The notes below the pieces were generated by a model. The model saw nothing but the letters and a program-made list of their open reading frames with translations, was not told where the DNA came from and searched no databases. A program made the translations under genes and the position numbers. This document shows positions 58,908 through 64,000 of a stretch of DNA of 64,000 nt, one piece after another. Position 1 is the first letter of the stretch, and each line of letters opens with the position of its first letter. Origin of the DNA: a virus. The DNA lies in IMG/VR virus record IMGVR_UViG_3300034198_017016, positions 7,595 through 71,594 of that record. One strand, written 5' to 3'.

Positions 58908-58939
58908 TTTGTATATCTTAATTCTATTTTATATCTTTG
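58908..58939 (+). promoter_or_regulatory. Bacteroidota-type housekeeping promoter for lemA
   Basis: TTTG (58908-58911), 20 nt, TATCTTTG (58932-58939). Confidence 0.75.
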
Positions 58940-58964
58940 TAGTGTTAATCTAAAAAAACAAAAA

Positions 58965-59420
58965 ATGGGAATTTTAATTATTATTGCACTGATTTTTGGT
59001 TGGTATGTTATAAAGACATATAACAATGTTAAACCTTTAGATATATCGGTAAGTGAGTCCGAATCTAACATTCGCATTATACTTAAAAAACGAGAAGTTA
59101 TTTTGGATAAACTTAACGATGTAGTCAATTCATATTCAAAATATGAAAAAAACATTGTCGAAAAACTATCTGATGACATGAAATCCAACCCAAACTCCAC
59201 CATAAATCTTAATAGGTTATACGACGCATATCCCGAATTAAAATTAAATGAAACTTTTTCGGATCTAGTTGAAAGACTGTATCGCATTGAAACTGAACGT
59301 CAAGGGACTATAGAATATTATAATAGTAGAGTTAGATATTATAACGAGGCAGTAACTTCATTTCCTGCAATTATTGCCTGTTCAGTAATATCGTTTAAAG
59401 AAAAATCATTTTTTATTTAA
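58965..59420 (+). CDS. lemA: LemA family protein
   Basis: N-terminal TM helix, YN, AYPELK.NE.F, YYN..V..YN....FP. Confidence 0.85.
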   Translation: MGILIIIALIFGWYVIKTYNNVKPLDISVSESESNIRIILKKREVILDKLNDVVNSYSKYEKNIVEKLSDDMKSNPNSTINLNRLYDAYPELKLNETFSDLVERLYRIETERQGTIEYYNSRVRYYNEAVTSFPAIIACSVISFKEKSFFI

Positions 59421-59439
59421 TTAAAACATATTTATCTAT

Positions 59440-59595
59440 ATGAGAACATTTGGTTTATACCTAAATAATGGTAACGATGAAATGATAAATAAAATTGAGT
59501 GTTCGGACATTCACGAGGCACAACAAATTTTTTGTCAATTAAAAAATTTACCATTATATGAATTATTAATAATATTTTGTATTAGAGAACTATAA
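59440..59595 (+). CDS. 51-aa hypothetical protein (absent from the ORF track)
   Basis: MRTFGLYLNNG...IFCIREL; TATTTAT 4 nt upstream; stop 2 nt before the next ATG. Confidence 0.6.
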   Translation: MRTFGLYLNNGNDEMINKIECSDIHEAQQIFCQLKNLPLYELLIIFCIREL

Positions 59596-59597
59596 AA

Positions 59598-59993
59598 ATG
59601 AAAAAAAATGAATTAAGTAAATTAATAAGTAGAAAAAAAATCTTAAAAGAATCTTTAGACATAATTAATGAAGTTAGGTCTAGTATGGATGAAATTGGAG
59701 GATTTGATAATCCCGAATTAATGTCCCAGTATCATGGAAATTATTTTGACGATTTGACTAAATTATTTAATCATTTTGATGAACTATCAGATCCTTTGAT
59801 GACATATATGTCACAATCGGCGATTGGTAATGAAATGGGTGATAGTAAAAAAATTTTAGAACATTACTATAATTTTATGTCCGCTTACTTAAATTACTTA
59901 GAAAAGTTAAATTCTAAGAAAGTTGTTAAAGTTAAGAAAAGTCCATTTGATGGACAAGGTAGTGGTTTTAGTATGAACGAAAATAAACGATAA
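59598..59993 (+). CDS. hypothetical protein
   Basis: 131 aa; leader with ILKE and IINE. Confidence 0.7.
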   Translation: MKKNELSKLISRKKILKESLDIINEVRSSMDEIGGFDNPELMSQYHGNYFDDLTKLFNHFDELSDPLMTYMSQSAIGNEMGDSKKILEHYYNFMSAYLNYLEKLNSKKVVKVKKSPFDGQGSGFSMNENKR

Positions 59994-59995
59994 GA

Positions 59996-62452
59996 TTATT
60001 CTTTTACAATAATCTTATCGCTTTCTTTGTCTACTGTTAATTCAATTATTTCACCTTCTTTTATAGTGCCTTTTAATATTTCTTCTGCAATAACATCTTC
60101 GATATATTTTTGAATACATCTATTTAAAGGTCTTGCACCAAACTTATCATCATATCCTTTTTCTGATAAGAAATCTTTAACATTCTTATTGAATTTAATT
60201 TTATAACCAATTTCATTTATACGTTTTTCGATATTAACTAACTCTAAATCTACTATCTTTTTAAGATCCTTTTCATTTAATGAATTAAATATGATTATGT
60301 CGTCTAAACGATTTATAAATTCGGGTGCAAATTTCTTTTTAAGTTCTTTATCTATTACACTTTTTCTTTCCAATTCTAAACTCTCTGTTTTAGCCTTAGT
60401 TTGAAAACCTACACCTGCCCCAAAATCTTGTAATTGTCTGATCCCAATATTAGATGTCAAAATAATAAGGCAGTTTTTAAAATTTATTTTTCTACCTAAA
60501 CTATCGGTCATATGACCTTCATCTAACATTTGTAATAATAAATTAAATACATCAGGATGTGCCTTTTCTATTTCATCAAACAATACTACCGAATATGGTC
60601 TTCTTCTTACTTTCTCAGTTAATTGTCCACCATCTTCATGACCAACATAACCCGGAGGCGAACCAATTAATCTACTTACATTAAATTTTTCTTGGAACTC
60701 TGACATATCAATTCTTATTAAAGATTCTTCAGAACCAAAAACATGATCAGCTAAGGTTTTTGCCAAAAATGTTTTACCAACACCCGTTGGACCTAAAAAT
60801 AAAAATGTTGCCATTGGTTTATTGGGATTTTTAATCCCAACCCGACTTCTTCTAAGTGCTTTGGCAATTTTTTCAATTGCTTCTGTTTGACCAATTACTT
60901 TGTTGTCTAATATTTTTTCTAAATCTAAAAGTCTTTTGTTTTCTTTTAGAGATAATTTATTTAATGGTATTGATGTCATCATTGAAACAATTTCTGCAAT
61001 ATCGTCATCATCCACTAAAGATTTTCTTTTTGTTATGTCAATCTCCCAAAGTTTTTTCGCCTCTTCAAGATGTTCTTTTAACTGTTTTTCTTCATCTCTT
61101 AATTTCGCCGCCTCTTCATACTTTTGTGACTTAACAACATTAATTTTTTCTTCCTTAATTTTATTTAACCTATTTTCTATTTCGACAATTTCTTTAGAAG
61201 GTTTTAAATTTATTTGTGCCTTTGCGCCCGCCTCGTCTAAAATATCAATCGCCTTGTCAGGAAATTCACGATCAGTTATATATCTTTCGGCTAACCTTAC
61301 ACACTCTACTAAAGAATCTTCAGTATACTTAACTTTATGAAATTCTTCGTACTTATTTTTTATATTTTCTAATATGTGTAATGTTTCTTCTGCACTTGGC
61401 GGATTAACTAATACTTGTTGAAATCTACGAGTAAGTGCACCATCTTTTTCAATGTTAGTTCTAAACTCATCTAAGGTGGTTGCACCAATAACTTGTATTT
61501 CACCTCTTGATAATGCAGGTTTAAATATATTAGACGCATCCAAATTACCCTGACTATTACCCGCACCTACAATACTGTGTAATTCATCAATAAAAAGAAT
61601 CACATCTTTATTTGCGGTTAATTCATCTAAAATACCTTTCATTCTTTCCTCAAACTGACCTCTATATTTTGTACCTGCAACAACAGAAGACATATCTAAG
61701 GAAAAAATTCTTTTATTCAATAAAAATCTAGGTGCCTTCCCTTCTTTAATTTTTTGAGCCAACCCATCTACTAATGATGTCTTACCACCGCCAGGGGGAC
61801 CTATCAATACAGGATTATTTTTCTTTCTTCTACAAAGTATTTGTGCAACTCTTTGTATTTCTTTGTCTCTACCGATAATAGGGTCTAATTTTCCTTCCTC
61901 CGCCAATTTAGTAATGTCTTTTGAAAAATTGTCTAATATTGGAGTTTTGGATGAGGCACTAGAAGGTCTTTTATGTTTTGGTTTTGATTCTTCGTTTTCA
62001 TCATTTTCGTAAAAAGCCATATCTTTAATTTTTTGATAATTTTTTAATATTAGATCATAATGTAAACCATTATTTTCAAATGTATTTTTAATTGTGGGTA
62101 TATTTTTTATCGCCGATAAAATTAAATGTATGGGACCGATGAAATCATCTTTTAATTTATCACACTCTTCATCCGACTTAATTAATATTTTTTTTGTTTC
62201 TTCACTTAACGGAATTGTATTATAAATGTTTTCAACTCTAGGTGTTAAATTTTCTTTATTAATCCTCTCTAAGTCATTTAATATATTTTTAATTTTTATA
62301 TTAAATTTTTTAAATAATTTAGTTGTAAAATTTTCTTCTTTTAAAATTGATGTGATCAGATGTTCAGGTCTGATTTTCACATCGTTAAAGAATTTTGCTT
62401 CCTCATAACTTTGGTTAATAATTTTTTTAACTTGTGGTATTACTTTTCTCAT
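59996..62452 (-). CDS. clpC: ClpC/ClpB-family AAA+ chaperone
   Basis: Clp N repeats, GPPGGGKT, LFIDE, UVR-like YEEAAKLRD, GPTGVGKT, LFDEIEKAHP, GAGVGF loop. Confidence 0.92.
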   Translation of the reverse strand: MRKVIPQVKKIINQSYEEAKFFNDVKIRPEHLITSILKEENFTTKLFKKFNIKIKNILNDLERINKENLTPRVENIYNTIPLSEETKKILIKSDEECDKLKDDFIGPIHLILSAIKNIPTIKNTFENNGLHYDLILKNYQKIKDMAFYENDENEESKPKHKRPSSASSKTPILDNFSKDITKLAEEGKLDPIIGRDKEIQRVAQILCRRKKNNPVLIGPPGGGKTSLVDGLAQKIKEGKAPRFLLNKRIFSLDMSSVVAGTKYRGQFEERMKGILDELTANKDVILFIDELHSIVGAGNSQGNLDASNIFKPALSRGEIQVIGATTLDEFRTNIEKDGALTRRFQQVLVNPPSAEETLHILENIKNKYEEFHKVKYTEDSLVECVRLAERYITDREFPDKAIDILDEAGAKAQINLKPSKEIVEIENRLNKIKEEKINVVKSQKYEEAAKLRDEEKQLKEHLEEAKKLWEIDITKRKSLVDDDDIAEIVSMMTSIPLNKLSLKENKRLLDLEKILDNKVIGQTEAIEKIAKALRRSRVGIKNPNKPMATFLFLGPTGVGKTFLAKTLADHVFGSEESLIRIDMSEFQEKFNVSRLIGSPPGYVGHEDGGQLTEKVRRRPYSVVLFDEIEKAHPDVFNLLLQMLDEGHMTDSLGRKINFKNCLIILTSNIGIRQLQDFGAGVGFQTKAKTESLELERKSVIDKELKKKFAPEFINRLDDIIIFNSLNEKDLKKIVDLELVNIEKRINEIGYKIKFNKNVKDFLSEKGYDDKFGARPLNRCIQKYIEDVIAEEILKGTIKEGEIIELTVDKESDKIIVKE

Positions 62453-62562
62453 AATTAAATAATATTATATTTTACAGAAAAAACAAGTTTTTATATAAAT
62501 ATCTGACTATTCGTTGTCTTTATTGTTTTTATTTTTTATATTTATAAAAAAATAAAAAAATT

Positions 62563-62820
62563 ATGATACCAGGTGCACCAAAATACTCAAGAGTTGAAAT
62601 AGTATTTAAAGAAAATGCAGGCAATAGAATTTTAAATGAAATTATTAATTCATCAAAAGAACCTATAGAAATATTTGAAGATTGTGGAGTTATGATTACG
62701 GGAGATTTTCTTTTAATAATTTTGGATAATGTAAGTGAAACTCCCGAATCAATTAAATATACAAAAACGCATATATTTCCTTTAACTCAAATTGAATATT
62801 ATAAAATTTTTAATTTCTAA
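62563..62820 (+). CDS. hypothetical protein
   Basis: 85 aa ORF; TATTTAT at 62539-62545. Confidence 0.65.
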   Translation: MIPGAPKYSRVEIVFKENAGNRILNEIINSSKEPIEIFEDCGVMITGDFLLIILDNVSETPESIKYTKTHIFPLTQIEYYKIFNF

Positions 62821-62824
62821 TACT

Positions 62825-63121
62825 ATGTTACTACAAAGCATTCAAGATCAAGAGGGTAAAATATCGAGTCTATATGATTCGTCAAATGTTATAGCATCAA
62901 AATACGACCCCAAAGAAAGAAAATTCGTTATCATATTTGGTGGTGGGGGTCAATATTTATATGAAAATGTCACAAAACACACTTTTGATGAATTTCAAAA
63001 TTCAAAAAGTCAGGGAAGTGCCATTCATTCGATAATTAAAAAACATCACACAAAAAAAATTGGTAATGTCGATATTAGTGCAATTATTGAAGATATTGAA
63101 AGGTTAAAAAATGAAAAATAA
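62825..63121 (+). CDS. KTSC domain protein
   Basis: SSNVIASKYD....F..GGQYLYENV....F..S.SQG. Confidence 0.8.
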   Translation: MLLQSIQDQEGKISSLYDSSNVIASKYDPKERKFVIIFGGGGQYLYENVTKHTFDEFQNSKSQGSAIHSIIKKHHTKKIGNVDISAIIEDIERLKNEK

Positions 63122-64000
63122 AATTTTAATATTTTTTTTATTGTTTTTTTCAACGTTAACAAAAGGTCAAACATTGTACGTTGCTGACAGTATGGAAAAT
63201 CCTGCCTCTTGGAGAGGAGTTTCTTCTATGGTTAATTCTATGTTTATTGGTGGGTTATCCTCATCAATCGATAACCCACCTAATTATCCAATGTATTCAT
63301 CATATGATAGTTGTTATATGATCAAAGGTACTGGAACGGGATCTTCAACTATCGAAAGAGATACATTTACATATTCAAATCTTCCCGTAGTACCCGGTAA
63401 AACTTACGAAATAAGATATAAAGTGGCGTCATTCGGATTAAATTATTCAGTACAAACTGCGGCTGGAGTAGATGGTGGGGATACTATTGAGTTTCAATTT
63501 AGGTTGGCTAATTCAACTTGGTTCAGAGATGCTCGAATTATAGGTAACAATAATTCAATGTGGAGTTTCGATGGAGCAATCGGTACAAATGTTAAACTCA
63601 ACATATTTAGAAATTCCGGTACCGTTCCCAATATCTATGTTAGTAATCCTACTAATCCAATTACTAATATGACTATACGATTAACCCCAGGAACATATTC
63701 GACAATTCAACTTAGATTTGTTACTGCAATAAACGGAAGCGGAGAAACATGGATGATAGATGATGTTGAAGTATGGGATGTTACTCCGGTTTTACCAATA
63801 GAATTAATCGAATTTAACGGTAAATACTATAATAGTGGGTTAAAATTATATTGGAGTACGGCATCTGAAATTAATAACGATTACTTTATCTTATATAAAT
63901 CATTCGATGGAACTAATTTCCAGGAAGTAACAAAAATCAAAGGTAGAGGTAACTCAAACACAATGGTCAAATATGAATATGTTGATCACGATTTATGTGA
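63111..64000 (+). CDS. secreted protein resembling Bacteroidota T9SS cargo (truncated by the window end)
   Basis: signal peptide MKNKILIFFLLFFSTLTKG-Q; LPIELIEFNG...LYWSTASEINNDYF...KSFDG.NF...GRGNS...YEYVD; open frame to the end. Confidence 0.8.
   Translation, partial: MKNKILIFFLLFFSTLTKGQTLYVADSMENPASWRGVSSMVNSMFIGGLSSSIDNPPNYPMYSSYDSCYMIKGTGTGSSTIERDTFTYSNLPVVPGKTYEIRYKVASFGLNYSVQTAAGVDGGDTIEFQFRLANSTWFRDARIIGNNNSMWSFDGAIGTNVKLNIFRNSGTVPNIYVSNPTNPITNMTIRLTPGTYSTIQLRFVTAINGSGETWMIDDVEVWDVTPVLPIELIEFNGKYYNSGLKLYWSTASEINNDYFILYKSFDGTNFQEVTKIKGRGNSNTMVKYEYVDHDLC

Noticed and set aside
58814-59287. Antisense and nested ORFs in the track (also 49620-50129, 48477-48908, 60900-61340, 46950-47300)
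   Set aside because: They shadow well-supported genes on the other strand and have no recognisable motifs
1-64000. Stop-codon reassignment as in some large Bacteroidota phages
   Set aside because: Core genes are full-length in the standard code and coding density is high; reading through TAG 47322 meets TAA two codons later
1-64000. tRNA, rRNA or CRISPR arrays
   Set aside because: Intergenic gaps are short and AT-rich; no cloverleaf, T-loop motif or repeat-spacer pattern was seen by eye

Overview
The window is a very AT-rich, gene-dense segment of a large T4-like (myovirus-type, probably jumbo) phage that uses the standard genetic code. It carries a family B DNA polymerase, the head module (terminase large subunit, portal, gp21-like prohead protease, scaffold, gp23-like major capsid protein), a gp55-like late sigma factor, a gp5-like baseplate spike, ClpC, PhoH, dUTPase and LemA. 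The host is most likely Bacteroidota: two TTTG-N20-TATCTTTG promoters are present, Shine-Dalgarno motifs are largely absent, and there are T9SS-cargo-like and lipoprotein genes. Four things stand out. (1) A ~22.7 kb glycan-biosynthesis locus encodes about 11 glycosyltransferase-like proteins plus nucleotide-sugar enzymes, one GT carrying a mini-intein; it may glycosylate the virion, whose proteins are rich in [S/T]-G dipeptides. (2) A sense-strand TATTTAT motif, the reverse complement of the T4 late promoter core, precedes late genes, twice as a 14-bp palindrome between divergent start codons only 13-16 bp apart. (3) Many unrelated proteins share N-terminal leaders ending in [LIV]-x-E, suggesting capsid-packaged, protease-matured cargo. 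(4) One secreted-protein gene is an internally deleted remnant. No tRNA, rRNA or CRISPR array was seen. All functional calls come from reading motifs by eye; no database search was run.
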